Of a DNA stretch of 64,000 bases, positions 11,091-24,879 are shown one piece after another. Within the stretch, counting starts at the first letter, position 1; each line of letters begins with the position of its first letter. The notes under the pieces are model-generated. The model worked only from the letters and a program-made list of their open reading frames with translations. It was not told where the DNA came from and did not search any database. This stretch comes from Octopus sinensis (taxonomy: Eukaryota): NCBI RefSeq assembly GCF_006345805.1, contig NC_042998.1:203422001-203486000 (forward strand). Reading direction: 5' to 3'. A program made the translations under genes and the position numbers.

Positions 11091-11349
11091 CCTAAATACT
11101 CCAAGAAATAGCTTTCTTGTAAGAACCGTATTGGAAGTGTATCGTACCTCAAAGAAAACGATTCCCCTATCACGGGGAGCATTCTGGACCAATGGGTTTT
11201 GTAGAGCTCTTTGAAATGTATCGAAAAGAAGATTACTTCTAGATCAGTTTTTGGTAGCTTATCTCCTAAAATGTCCATATTAAAAAGATGTTGTGTAAAT
11301 GCTTCAGTCAATTCAATGTCTGTTCGTTTCCTATTGAAGGTCCATTACC

Positions 11350-11580
11350 TATTTCTTTATTACCCACAAGGGGCTAAACACAGAGGGGACAAACAAGGAC
11401 AGACATAGGTATTAAGTCGATTACATCGACCCCAGTGCGTAACTGGTACTTGATTTATCGACCCCGAAAAGATGAAAGGCAAAGTCGACCTCGGCGGAAT
11501 TCGAACTCAGAACGTAACGCAGACGAAATACCGCTAAGCATTTCGCCTGGTGTGCTAACGTTTCTGCCAGCTCGCCGCCT
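11350..11580 (-). mobile_element. tRNA-headed SINE family A, full length with 16-bp TSD
   Basis: Head ggcggcgagctggcaga, B-box-like AGTTCGAATTCC; TSD ttgaaggtccattacc at 11334-11349 and 11582-11597. Confidence 0.9.
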
Positions 11581-12079
11581 TTTGAAGGTCCATTACCGTT
11601 AGACAAAGGATCGTTTTCCTGCCACAGAGAGGCCCGTAATAGAAACTGAGATATAAAACTTAGATAGAAAAACTAAGAGCCGGAGAAGATACAGTACAGC
11701 ATTTCATCCGGCATTTTAACAGCTTTGTCACTCTTCCGTTCTAAAGAGGTATATTATTATTAAGAGGAGACACTGAAAGAATAAAAAAAAAAAAAAGAGA
11801 CGACCTTTGCGGAATTCGAACTCAGAACGAAGAGTACCGGAACAAATACACCGGTCACTCTGTCCGACGCTCTACAGACTCTACTATTCTCTGTTTTCTA
11901 ATAAACCGCAGAGGTTTAATGAGACTCTATGAAGTATCAGGTCCGGTGCCTCATCATTTCTGCCGACCACCAACTTTCAACATCAACAAATATCAAATAC
12001 TCGTCCAGGGTGGTTGTTGTTGTTGTTGTGGATGTTGTTGTTTATAATTACTGTGCCATCTGTTTGACACCAAACACCA

Positions 12080-12239
12080 TGGTGTGTGTGTGTGTGTGTG
12101 TGTGTTATACTTGTGCGAATGTGTATGCGTATCTGTGTGCTGTGTGTGTGAGAATGTTATGATTGTGCGTTTGTGCTATATTCGGGTGAATGTGTGTGCA
12201 TCTGTTCGAGTATGTGTGTTTGTGTGTGTCTGTGTGTGC

Positions 12240-12270
<31 letters not shown>

Positions 12271-12465
12271 AGTGTGTTTGTGTGTGTTTGTTTGTGTGTG
12301 TGTGTTTGTGTGTCTGTGTGTGTTTGCGTTTGTGTGTGTTTGTGTGTGTACGTGTGTGTGTGTGTTTGTGTGTGTGTGTGCGTGTGTGTGTGTGTTTGTG
12401 TGTGTTTGTGTGTGTGTGCGTGTGTGTGTGTTTGTATGTGTGTGTGTGTGTGTGTGTGTATGTGG
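12080..12465. repeat. Compound (TG)n/(TTTG) microsatellite
   Basis: Direct reading. Confidence 0.95.
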
Positions 12466-12699
12466 TATGTCAACAATGTCTCTAAACGCTATGTTCTTAC
12501 GTAGGCAAACCCCCAACACCGTTATGGTATGCAGTCAATAGATCTGAAGTGACACAAACAATATAGAAGCAATCTTTGCATATTTTAGCGAAATATGGTT
12601 GACGGTGGGGGTAAAATGGCCTCCCCAGGGAGGTTTTATTTACATATCGCCACACACATCTACACATACAAACTACACACATAAGCAAATATTGAAGTC

Positions 12700-12960
12700 C
12701 GACACAAGAACAAGATCACGCACTTTCGGGAAGATAATCACAGTCGGCATGAGACTAGAAAAGATTCGAAAGCCAGATTCTTCCAGGCGAGCAAACTGCC
12801 GGGAGACCTCGGGGTAGACCACGAGCAAGATGGATGAATAATATCCATGGCCTCAGTTCATTCAGCCGTAAAATGTAATGGCTGTTGTTCCTGATAGGGC
12901 CATACGTAGGAGGGTGCCTGAGGACCCTACCCCTACGGCCTTCACAGGAACAGTGGGTGG
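12700..12960 (+). mobile_element. Decayed RTE LINE C-terminus
   Basis: Frameshifted FGKIITVGMRLEK / QILPGEQTAGRPRGRPRARWMNNIH / DRAIRRRV. Confidence 0.6.
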
Positions 12961-13008
12961 CGAAAATGAGCGAATGCCCGGATAGATATGTCGAGTACCA
13001 GAACTTGA

Positions 13009-13233
13009 CTGGCAGAGACGTTAGCACGGCGGGCGAAATGCTTAGCGGTCTTTCGTCTGCCGTTACGTTCTGAGTTCAAATTCCGGCGAGGTCGACTTTG
13101 TCTTTCATCCTTTCGGGGTCGATTAAATAAGTACCAGTTACGTACTGGGGTCGATATAATCGACTTAATCCGTTTGTCTGTCCTTGTTTGTCCTCTCTGT
13201 GTTTAGCCCCTTGTGGGCAGTAAAGAAATAGGT
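13009..13233 (+). mobile_element. SINE family A
   Basis: High similarity to the 11350-11580 copy; tail gtaaagaaataggt. Confidence 0.9.
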
Positions 13234-13324
13234 TTTTTAATTCGAAGGTGGTTACGTCTTGTTTATGCTTTTCCGAAAATCCACAAATGAAACTGTTTCA
13301 TCCCTCTCTCTCTAGTATTCTTTT

Positions 13325-13505
13325 ATTATTTTACTTGTTTCACTCATTTGACTGCGGCCATGCTGGAGCACCGCCTTTAGCCGAAGAAATCGACCACAGG
13401 ACTTATTCTATCGGTCTCTATTGCCGAATTGTTAAGTTTCGGGGACGTAAACATACCAACATCGGTTGTCAAGCGATGGTGGGGGAACAAACACAGACAG
13501 AGGCA
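13325..13505 (-). mobile_element. SINE family B, 3' half
   Basis: cttgtttcactcatttgactgcggccatgctggagcaccgcc; similar partial copies at 14895-15090 (+), 37600-37950 (+), 38010-38112 (-), 38720-38858 (-), 41098-41270 (+), 50340-50540 (-), 63045-63192 (+). Confidence 0.8.
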
Positions 13506-13689
13506 CAAACAAATATACGTACATACATATACATGGTGGCTTCCCCCTCGTTATCGAGTATGGCCATTGCACAAAGCTTAATCAGTATTGTTATCGTGCA
13601 ATGCCTGTGCAAGAAGATTTTTTTAAAGTGAGGAAAGGCTGTGCACTGAGTCAATCCCACTCACTAAGCAACAGCAGTCATAATCCGAA

Positions 13690-14085
13690 AAGAAGAACAA
13701 GTCAACATCATCGGTAACCACTGAGCCGCAGGTTTTATGTCGGAGTTATCCCAGTTACCTGAGCTGCCTTCTCCTAGAAGGATGCCCTAACAAAGGCTGG
13801 GAGTCCTTCACCCCCAATGGTTTAACCGCGCGATCGGGTATTCAGTTCAATTATTTCTATGTCCCCACGCATGATACAGCCTTAAGACATTTATTGGATG
13901 GCCGTTGACTCTCAAGAGTTCCTCCGCCCTTTGACGAGTTTTGTTTTTCATCCCGCAGGGTGTCCAACAAACACCCTCCTCACCAAGCAAGCTTGGTGGG
14001 GTTGCCGGTTTAGTCGCCGACGACACGACCATGCAACAGGTTGTACTGGGTTACATGTTACCAGTAGCACTCGAAAGTGACCTGA
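13690..14085 (-). mobile_element. Probable RTE LINE 5'-UTR fragment
   Basis: Minus strand agggcatccttctaggagaaggc resembles the recalled RTE 5'-UTR motif GGCAACCAGTCTAGGAGAAGG; GC-richer and hairpin-rich. Confidence 0.45.
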
Positions 14086-14114
14086 CATAATACATACATA
14101 CATACATACATACA

Positions 14115-14146
<32 letters not shown>

Positions 14147-14171
14147 GAGTTCCATATATATTATATATATA

Positions 14172-14223
<52 letters not shown>

Positions 14224-14269
14224 GTACAGAGGGTGCGGTGAATAAGTTGTATAAATTACGCAAAAATAC

Positions 14270-14590
14270 TCTATACTTGAAATGACCAATTTTGGATACA
14301 ATTGGATTTTACTCATAAGGTACTGGAATCTTATATGTATACCATTCCGCTTAAATAATGGATCTACAAATGCAATATCCCTGCATATCTCACATCTATT
14401 TTCATTCCTCCACTTCACTCTCTATTTCGTATCTCATCTAAATTAACTATTGCTTAACTATCCTCTCACACCGTCTCCGATGAAGGGATATTATTAATAA
14501 ATATCCTGGAAACAGCTGTAAGACCTTCTATTTATAAATGTTTATAAAATCTTCACACCCTTGGTTTTTTATCTTATTCTGAAAAATAAT
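14270..14590 (+). mobile_element. Penelope-like element relic (endonuclease C-terminus-like remnant + hammerhead-like motif)
   Basis: KVLESY-like remnant followed by a type I hammerhead-like motif at 14473-14524. Confidence 0.5.
14473..14524 (+). ncRNA. Minimal type I hammerhead-ribozyme-like motif with core change
   Basis: Stem I gtct/agac; core CCGATGA; stem II ggatatt/aatatcc; GAAA; palindromic stem III ACAGCTGT; GTA triplet. Confidence 0.6.
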
Positions 14591-14592
14591 TA

Positions 14593-14620
<28 letters not shown>

Positions 14621-14631
<11 letters not shown>

Positions 14632-14758
14632 AAAAAATGAGTTCGAAAATGCTGCTATATTATACAATTTTTAATTTTTATATATACATTATAACATGTT
14701 TAAATTAAAAATTGTATAATATAGCAGCATTTTCGAACTTCATTTTTACAAATATATA
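14621..14758. repeat. Fold-back with ~57-bp arms
   Basis: 14621-14677 vs 14702-14758, one small indel shuffle. Confidence 0.9.
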
Positions 14759-14788
14759 CCTACTCGTATACGAGCTAATCCTATTATA

Positions 14789-14862
<74 letters not shown>

Positions 14863-15412
14863 ATAGACATGCACATATGTGCGTGTGCCCGCGTGTTTGT
14901 GTTTGTCTAACACTACCGCTTGACAACCGGTGTTGGTGTGTTTACGTTCCCGTAACTTAGCGGTTCAGCATAAGGAACTGATAGCATAAGTGCCAGGCTT
15001 TAAAAGAAGTAATGTGGTCGATTCATTCGACTAAAAACCGTTGGAGGCAGTGCTCCAGTATGGCCGCAGTCCAGTGACTGAAACAAGTAAGGGAAACAGA
15101 TAAACAGCGCTTTCACCAAAGACACAATGGAGTCGGTCCCTATTAGGGGCTCTGGGCTCACGAGGTCTGAGGCGGTGGTCACAGAGGTATGAGAGACTTT
15201 CGAGGTTTTGGAGGTGGTCTTAATTAATGGCCGCCTGCAATCATCTCTGAGACGTTCCGGACGTGACTGGACGATTGCTGACCTGGTCAGAACAGAATTG
15301 GAGGTACTGTAGCGAGGCTTGAATGGTCGGAACAGGGACTGGGCTCGGGTTCTTTCGCCGATTTCGAAGATGACCAAGTTTCACCGAAAAAGAGGGCAAA
15401 AAAAAGATGAAA

Positions 15413-15463
<51 letters not shown>

Positions 15464-15639
15464 GAGGAGGAGGAAGAGGGGAGAGAGAGGAGGGAAAAGA
15501 GTAGATGTAAAAGAAGATACATGATAGTAATTATTACTCTTGACATAGTTTTTATGGTGGTGGTGGTGGCGGCGGTGGAGGTTGTTAAAGTGGTACAGTG
15601 ATACGATGATGACGACAGCGATAATGATGAGGTAGAAGA

Positions 15640-17718
15640 TAGGATGACGTCATCATCAACATCATTATCGTCATCATGAACAACAATATCTCACTACCGC
15701 CACCACTGCCGACACCGTCGGCCCATCTTCCTCCTCATCCTCATCATCATCCTCATCATTATCGTCATCGTCATCAATATCAATATCCTCAACATCATAA
15801 CCACTACCACCACCACCATCCACACTATCATCATCGTCGTCATCACCATCATCATCCTAATCATCATCATCATCACCATCACCATCATCCTCATCATCAT
15901 CATCATCATCATCGTCGTCGTCGTCGTCATCATCATTAGCATCATCATCACCATCACCATCACCATCACCATCATCCTCATCATCACCATCACCATCAAC
16001 ATCATCATCATCACCATCATCACCATCACCATCATCACCACCACCACCATCATCACCATCATCACCATTCATCATCATCATCACCATCACCTCATCATCA
16101 TCACCATCATCACCACCAACCACCAATCACCATCATCACCATCATCACCATCATCATATCATCACCATCAACCATCATCATCACCATCACCATCATCACC
16201 ATCATCATCATCATCACCATCACCATCATAACATCATCACTCACCATTCAACACCATCATCACCATCATCACCATCATCATCATCATCACCATCACCATC
16301 ATCATCATCACCATCATCAACCACCACCACCATCACCATCATCACCATCATCACCATCATCATCATCATCATCATCGTCGTCGTCGTCGTAATCATCTAT
16401 CATCATCATCAACAATCATCCATCACCACCACCACCATCACCATCATCACCATCAATCCACCATCATCATCATCATCACCATCACCATCATCATCACCAT
16501 CACACATCATCATCACCATCATCACCATCAACATCATCACCATCATCACATATCACCATCATCATCATCATCACCATCACCATCATCATCATCACATCAT
16601 CACCACCACCACCATCACCATCATCACCATCATCACCATCATCATCATCATCATCGTCGTCGTCGTCGCATCATCATCATCATCATCATCATCACCATCA
16701 TACCACCACCACCATCACCATCATCACCATCATCACCATCATCACATCATCATCATCATCATCATCGTCGTCGTCGTCGTCATCATCATCTCATCATCAT
16801 CATCATCAGCATCCACCACCACAACCATCACCATCATCACCATCATCACCATCATCATCATCATCACCATCACCATCATTCATCAACCATCACCATCATC
16901 ACCATCATCACCATCACCATCATCACCATCATCATACCACCACACCATCACCATCATCATCATCACAACATCACACCATCATCATCCTCACCATCATCAC
17001 CACCACCACATCTCACCATCATCACCATCATCACCTCATCAGCATCATCATCATCGTCGTCGTCGTCGTCATCATCATCATCATCATCATCATCACCATC
17101 ATCACCACCACCACCATCACCATCATCACCATCATCACCATCATCACCATCATCACCATCATCATCATCATCAACCATCACCTCATCATCATCCATCATC
17201 ACCACCACCACCATCACCATCATCACCATCATCACCATCATCATCATCATCATCGTCGTCGTCGTCGTCATCATCATCACCATCATCATCATCACCATCA
17301 TCACCACCAACACCATCACCATCATCACCATCATCACCATCATCACCATCATCACCACCACCACCATCACCATCATCACCATCATCACCATCATCACCAT
17401 CATCACCATCATCATCATCATCACCATCACCATCATCATCATCACCATCATCACCACCACCACCATCACCATCATCACCATCATCACCATCATCATCATC
17501 ATCATCATCGTCGTCGTCGTCGTCATCATCATCATCATCATCATCATCACCATCATCACCACCACCACCATCACCATCATCACCATCATCACCATCATCA
17601 CCATCATCACCATCATCATCATCATCATCATCACCATCATCACCACACCACCATCACCATCATCACATCATCACACATCATCACCATCATCACCCATCAT
17701 CATCATCATCACATCACC

Positions 17719-17750
<32 letters not shown>

Positions 17751-18376
17751 CATCACATCATATCATCATCATCATCGTCCGTCGTCGTCTCATCATCATC
17801 ATCATCATCATCACACCATCATCACCACCACCACCATCACCATCATCACCATCATCACATCATCACATCATCACCATCATCATCATCATCACCATCACCA
17901 TCATCATCATCACCATCATCACCACCACCACCATCACCATCATCACCATCATCACCATCATCACCATCATCAACATCACCATCATCACCTAATCACCATC
18001 ATCACCATCATCATCATCATCATCATCATCACATATCACCATCATCACCATCATCACACCACCACCATCACCATCATCACCTCATAACCATCATCACCAT
18101 CATCATCATCACCATCATCCACCATCATCACCATCCCATCATCACCATCATCACCATCATCATCATCATCACCATTCACCTCATCACCATCATCACCATC
18201 CTCACCATCATCACCATCATCATCATCATTCATCATCACCATATCACCACCACCACCATCAAAATCATCACCATCATCACCATCATCACCATCATCACCA
18301 TCATCATCATCATCACCATCACCATCATCATCATACCACCATCATCAACCACCACCATCACATCATCACCATCATC

Positions 18377-18408
<32 letters not shown>

Positions 18409-18976
18409 CATCACAATCATCACACCACCACACCATCAACCATTCAATCACCATCATCCACCATCATCATCATCATCACCATCATCATCATCACCATCAC
18501 CACCACCACCATCACCATCATCACCATCACTCACCATCATCACCATCATCACCATCATCAACCATCATCACCATCATCATCATCACCATCATCACCACCA
18601 ACCACCCATCCATCATCATCACCATCATCACCACCACCACCATCACCATCATCACCATCATCCATCATCACCATCATCACCATCATCACCATCACCATCA
18701 TCACCATCATCATCATCATCATCATCGTCGTCGCGTCGTCATCATCATCATCATCATCATCATCACAATCACTATCACCATCATCACCATCATCATCATC
18801 ATCATCATCACATCATCACCATATCATCATCATCATCATCACATCACATCATCATCATCATCATCATCATCACCAATCACCTCATCATCATTCATCACCA
18901 TCATCACCATCACCATCATCATCATCATCATCATCATTCTCATCATCATCATCACCATCAATATCACCATCATCAC

Positions 18977-19011
<35 letters not shown>

Positions 19012-19253
19012 CAATCATCATCATCATCATCTACCTCATCATCATCATCAATCATCATCTACATCATCATCATCATCATCATCATTACATCATTATCATC
19101 ATCACCATCACTATCACCATCATCACCATCATCATCATCATCATAATCACATCATCACCATCATCATCATCATCATCACTCATCATCACATCATCATCAT
19201 ACACATCATCATCATCACCATCACCATCATCATCATTCAATCATCACCATCAC

Positions 19254-19294
<41 letters not shown>

Positions 19295-19342
19295 CCTCAT
19301 ACTATCACCATCATCACCATCACATCATCATCATCTATCACC

Positions 19343-19374
<32 letters not shown>

Positions 19375-19415
19375 CTACAATCATCATCATCATCATCATC
19401 ATCTACATCATCATC

Positions 19416-19447
<32 letters not shown>

Positions 19448-19753
19448 CACCATCACCATCATCATCATCACCATCATCCCACCACCACCACACAATCATC
19501 ACCATCATCACCATCATCACCATCATCACCACCACCACCATCCCATCATCACCATCATCACCATCATCACCATCATCACCATCATCACCATCACCATCAT
19601 CACCATCATCATCATCATCATCATCGTCGTCGTCGTCGTCATCATCATCATCATCATCATCATCACCATCACTATCACCATCATCACCATCATCATCATC
19701 ATCATCATCACCATCATCACCATCATCATCATCACCATCATCACCATCATCAC

Positions 19754-19806
<53 letters not shown>

Positions 19807-19907
19807 CCATCACCATCATCATCATCACCATCATCACCATCACCATCATCATCATCATCATCATCATCATATCATCATCATCATCACCATCATCATCAAT
19901 CATCATC

Positions 19908-19959
<52 letters not shown>

Positions 19960-20049
19960 ATCACCATCATCATCATCACATCACCATCATCATCACATCA
20001 CCTTCACCATCATCACCATCATCATCATCATCATCATCACCATCATCAA

Positions 20050-20085
<36 letters not shown>

Positions 20086-20173
20086 ACCATCATCATCATC
20101 ATCATCACATCATCATCATCATCACCATCACTATCACCATCATCACCATCATCATCATCATCACCATCATCAC

Positions 20174-20223
<50 letters not shown>

Positions 20224-20311
20224 CAACCATCACTATCACCATCATCACCATCATCATCATCATCATCATCACCATCAATCACCATCATCATCATCATCAT
20301 ATCACATCATC

Positions 20312-20363
<52 letters not shown>

Positions 20364-20418
20364 CCATCACTATCACCATCATCACCATCATCATCATCAT
20401 CATCATCACCATCATCAC

Positions 20419-20471
<53 letters not shown>

Positions 20472-20479
20472 CCATCACC

Positions 20480-20541
<62 letters not shown>

Positions 20542-20587
20542 TCATCATCACCATCACTATCACCATCATCACCATCATCACCATCAC

Positions 20588-20637
<50 letters not shown>

Positions 20638-20692
20638 CCATCACTATCACCATCATCACCATCATCATCATCATCATCATCACCATCATCAC

Positions 20693-20724
<32 letters not shown>

Positions 20725-20732
20725 CCATCACC

Positions 20733-20811
<79 letters not shown>

Positions 20812-20848
20812 CCATCACTATCACCATCATCACCATCATCACCATCAC

Positions 20849-20884
<36 letters not shown>

Positions 20885-20990
20885 TCATCATCATCATCAC
20901 CATCCCTATCACCATCATCACCATCATCATCATCATCATCATCAACATCATCACATCATCATCATCATCATCATCATCATCAATCATCAC

Positions 20991-21022
<32 letters not shown>

Positions 21023-21077
21023 CCATCACTATCACCATCATCACCATCATCATCATCATCATCATCACCATCATCAC

Positions 21078-21173
<96 letters not shown>

Positions 21174-21174
21174 C

Positions 21175-21209
<35 letters not shown>

Positions 21210-21217
21210 CCATCACC

Positions 21218-21296
<79 letters not shown>

Positions 21297-21331
21297 CCAT
21301 CCTTCACCATCATCACCATCATCACCATCAC

Positions 21332-21381
<50 letters not shown>

Positions 21382-21439
21382 CCATCACTATCACCATCAT
21401 CACCATCATCATCATCATCATCATCATCACCATCATCAC

Positions 21440-21513
<74 letters not shown>

Positions 21514-21545
21514 CCATCACTATCACCATCATCACCATCATCATC

Positions 21546-21577
<32 letters not shown>

Positions 21578-21616
21578 CACCATCACCATCATCATCATCA
21601 CCATCATCACCACCAC

Positions 21617-21651
<35 letters not shown>

Positions 21652-21661
21652 CCATCATCAC

Positions 21662-21705
<44 letters not shown>

Positions 21706-21751
21706 CCATCACCATCATCATCATCACCATCATCACCATCATCATCATCAT
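15640..21751. repeat. ~6.1-kb (CAT/CAC)n trinucleotide satellite with higher-order structure
   Basis: Almost pure CAT and CAC triplets with recurrent CGT runs and CACTATCACC variants. Confidence 0.98.
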
Positions 21752-21949
21752 AGATTTAACCTTTTGTTCAAAGGTATCGTTTTGTCACACACTTTTTCCA
21801 TTCCCGAAGATTACAGATTAAATATATACCTGCGGAATACTCAGCCAACTGCATTATAATTCCATTATAGTTCTGTTCATCGGATCCCGACAAATATACA
21901 CACATGCATAAACATACACATACATTGATAAGTGCGAACGCACGAAACT

Positions 21950-22675
21950 CTGGCGGTCATGCTGGGGCAACGCCTTGAGGGGTTTGATCCAACAAATGGA
22001 CCCCAGTACTTACTCCCTTGGTTTCTTTTGCTAAGTTAAGGAAATGTAAACCAACTAACACCGGTTATCAAAGAGCGAGGTGACAAACATGAAGACAAAG
22101 ATTATACATACATACATATATGTATATTTCTCTATATATAAACGGCAGTTTGTCTGTCTGTGTGTCTGCGTGTCTGTCAGGTTGTACCCTGACCCTGACC
22201 ACGGCTTTCAACCGATTCTGATGAAACTTGACACACCCATAGCCCAATGTCATAATTCAAAACTAACGCAGCGAAAATTTTGAAAAGTTCCTCCAGTTCT
22301 GAAAAAAATCGATAAATTCGACATGGGGTCGAGAATCAGGAACACAAACCACAAACTGTCTAGGGGACGCAACTCCACCTTTTTTAACTATCAAAAAAAA
22401 TTTACCATCATTTTTTTCCATTTTTTGGCTATAACTCTCTAAAAATGCTTTATAGTTATTTCCCTTACAAACCTGAGCAACGCCGGGCGATACTGCTAGT
22501 ATATATATATATTCAGTGGGCTTCCGCGCAGTTTCCATGTACCAAATCCACTCACAAAGCTTTTGTCGGCCAGAGGCTATAGTAGAAGACATTTGCCCGA
22601 GGTGCCCCGCTGTGGGGGTCGGAACTGAAACCCCATGGTTCCAAAGCGAACTTCCTCGGTACACCTTCTACATGT
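21950..22675 (-). mobile_element. Old SINE B copy interrupted by a Helitron
   Basis: 3' part at ~21950-22100, head at ~22515-22675, Helitron between. Confidence 0.65.
22129..22499 (+). mobile_element. Non-autonomous Helitron
   Basis: TCTCTATATATAAAC 5' end; cctgagcaacgccggg hairpin; CTAG|T at 22496-22500. Confidence 0.8.
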
Positions 22676-23259
22676 ATATCTATATATGTGTGATACGCAC
22701 GCATACACACACACACAACACACACCACACACACACACACACACACATACATACATACGCAAACATACACACGCACACAGACATATATCGTGACACTCCG
22801 TCGGTCACGACGACGAGGGTTCCAGTTGATCCGATCGACGGAACAGCCTGCTCGCGAAATTAACGTGCAAGTGGCTGAGTACTCCACAGACACGTGTACC
22901 CTTATTATAGTTCTCGGGGAGATTCAGCGTGACACAGAGTGTGACATGGCTGGCCCTTTGAAATACAGGTACAACAGAAACAGGAAGAAAGAGCGAGAGA
23001 AAGTTGTGGTGAAAGAGCACAGCAGGGTTCGCCACCACCCCCACCTACCGGGATCGAAACCGGGATCCTATGACCGTGAGTCCACTGTCCTAACCACTGG
23101 GCCATCACGCGTCCACAATTACACACACAAACACACACATATATGTGTATACATATATACTTATATATGTTTGTATGTTTATATAAAAAATATACATTCA
23201 AACATACATACACACACACATATATATATTTATTTATTTATATAAGCATGCACACCTAC

Positions 23260-23640
23260 CTACCTACACACATACATACATACATACATACATACATACA
23301 TACATGCATACATACATACATACATACATACATACATACATACATACATGCATACATACATACATACATACATACATACATACAAACATACATACATACA
23401 TACATACATACATACATACATACATACATACATGCATACATACATGCATACATACATGCATGCATACATACATACATACATACATACATACATACATACA
23501 TACATGCATACATACATACATACATACATACAAATATACATACACACACACACACATATATATATATATATTTATTTATATAAGCATGCACACCTACCAA
23601 CCTACCTGCCTACCTACATACATACATACATCCATACATA
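23260..23640. repeat. (CATA)n/(CATG) array with duplicated flank
   Basis: ~60-bp unit (tatatatttatttat...ataagcatgcacacctacc) occurs at both ~23220 and ~23560. Confidence 0.9.
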
Positions 23641-24109
23641 CACTATTTTCCATTGCTTTATGTTTTGTGCACGAGTTGACCTCGTTTGGTGCAGGGAAGC
23701 ACCAAACCCTTATGCTCCCCTCCCCTCACCCACCCACCCAAGTCTTACCACAATATTTTCGTAATCTACCTGCATAACACACCTTCTCCCTGTTCTCACC
23801 ACCACCACCGTAAGTGCCAACCAACGTCAACGTCCCAATGGTGGGACGCTAAACTTCACCATTAGTCCCCCCCATTATCTCACCAAATCCTTTTTCAGCG
23901 AAATCAACTCCAGCTTCTCTCTCTCCCTCTCGCTTATCACTTTAAACCAATCTCAACGCTCCCCCTCTCTCTCTCTCTCTCTCTCTCTGCCTTCCTCTCT
24001 GCCTTCCACTCTCTCTCTCTCTCTCTCTGCCTTCTTCATACATTCAACACATTAACTGCGTATTTCTTACTTCCGTCACATCATTTCCACCACTGCTTCA
24101 CCGCTGCCT

Positions 24110-24285
24110 CCTCCTCCTCCTCCTCCTCCTCTTCTTCTTCTTCTTCTTCTTCTTCTTCTTCTTCTACTTCTTCTTTTTCATTCTTCTTCCTCTTCTTCTT
24201 CTTCTTCTCTTCTTCTTCTTCTTCTCTTCTTCTTCTTCTGTTTCATTCTTCTTCTTCTTCTTCTTCTTCTTCGTCTTCTTCTCCT
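24110..24285. repeat. (CCT)n/(CTT)n polypyrimidine tract
   Basis: Direct reading. Confidence 0.95.
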
Positions 24286-24677
24286 CCCCTTCCATTCAGA
24301 CGCATCTTGCCCTCCCCTCCACCCTCGCCTACCCATCCTCGTATTTTGTTTTAAGGGATTTTCTAGTATGCCTCTCACATTTCTGCTAAGGTATGTATTC
24401 CATATATAGGGTCGCCTGCGCGGGGAGCTTGACACGGGGAATGAGAAAGCGCGCGCGCGAGAGAGAGGAAAAGAGAGAGAGTGAGAGAGAGGAAGAGAGA
24501 GAGAAAGAGAGAGAGAGTGATCAGAGTGAGAGAGTAGAGGCAATACGTGAATAAGACCAGCGATATTCTTCGTAGTGGTTATTGTTCTGAGTCTTTGCTT
24601 GCTTATTTTATTTGCTTTTTCGCTTCTGTGTACGAGCGGTGAATGCCTCGTGTATTAGCACCAATGCTATACACACA

Positions 24678-24731
<54 letters not shown>

Positions 24732-24848
24732 TATGTAGTATGTACGTACATACGTATGTATGTATGTATGTATGTATGTATGTATGTATGTATGTATGTA
24801 TGTATGTATGTATGTATGTATGAAATGATGAAATGTATGTATGTGTGA

Positions 24849-24879
<31 letters not shown>

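Noticed and set aside
12860-12975. Hammerhead or HDV-like fold around CTGAGGA at ~12919
   Set aside because: Several stems can be drawn, but core, GAAA and cleavage triplet cannot be placed in register; the region reads as RTE C-terminal coding relic
15694-21751. Long poly-Met/Val, poly-Asp/Gly and poly-His ORFs
   Set aside because: Direct translations of the triplet satellite; no splice signals, unique flanking coding sequence or consistent frame
24380-24560. Promoter-like CG/GA-rich patch (gcgcgcgcgc + GA repeats)
   Set aside because: Composition alone is not evidence; no linked exon
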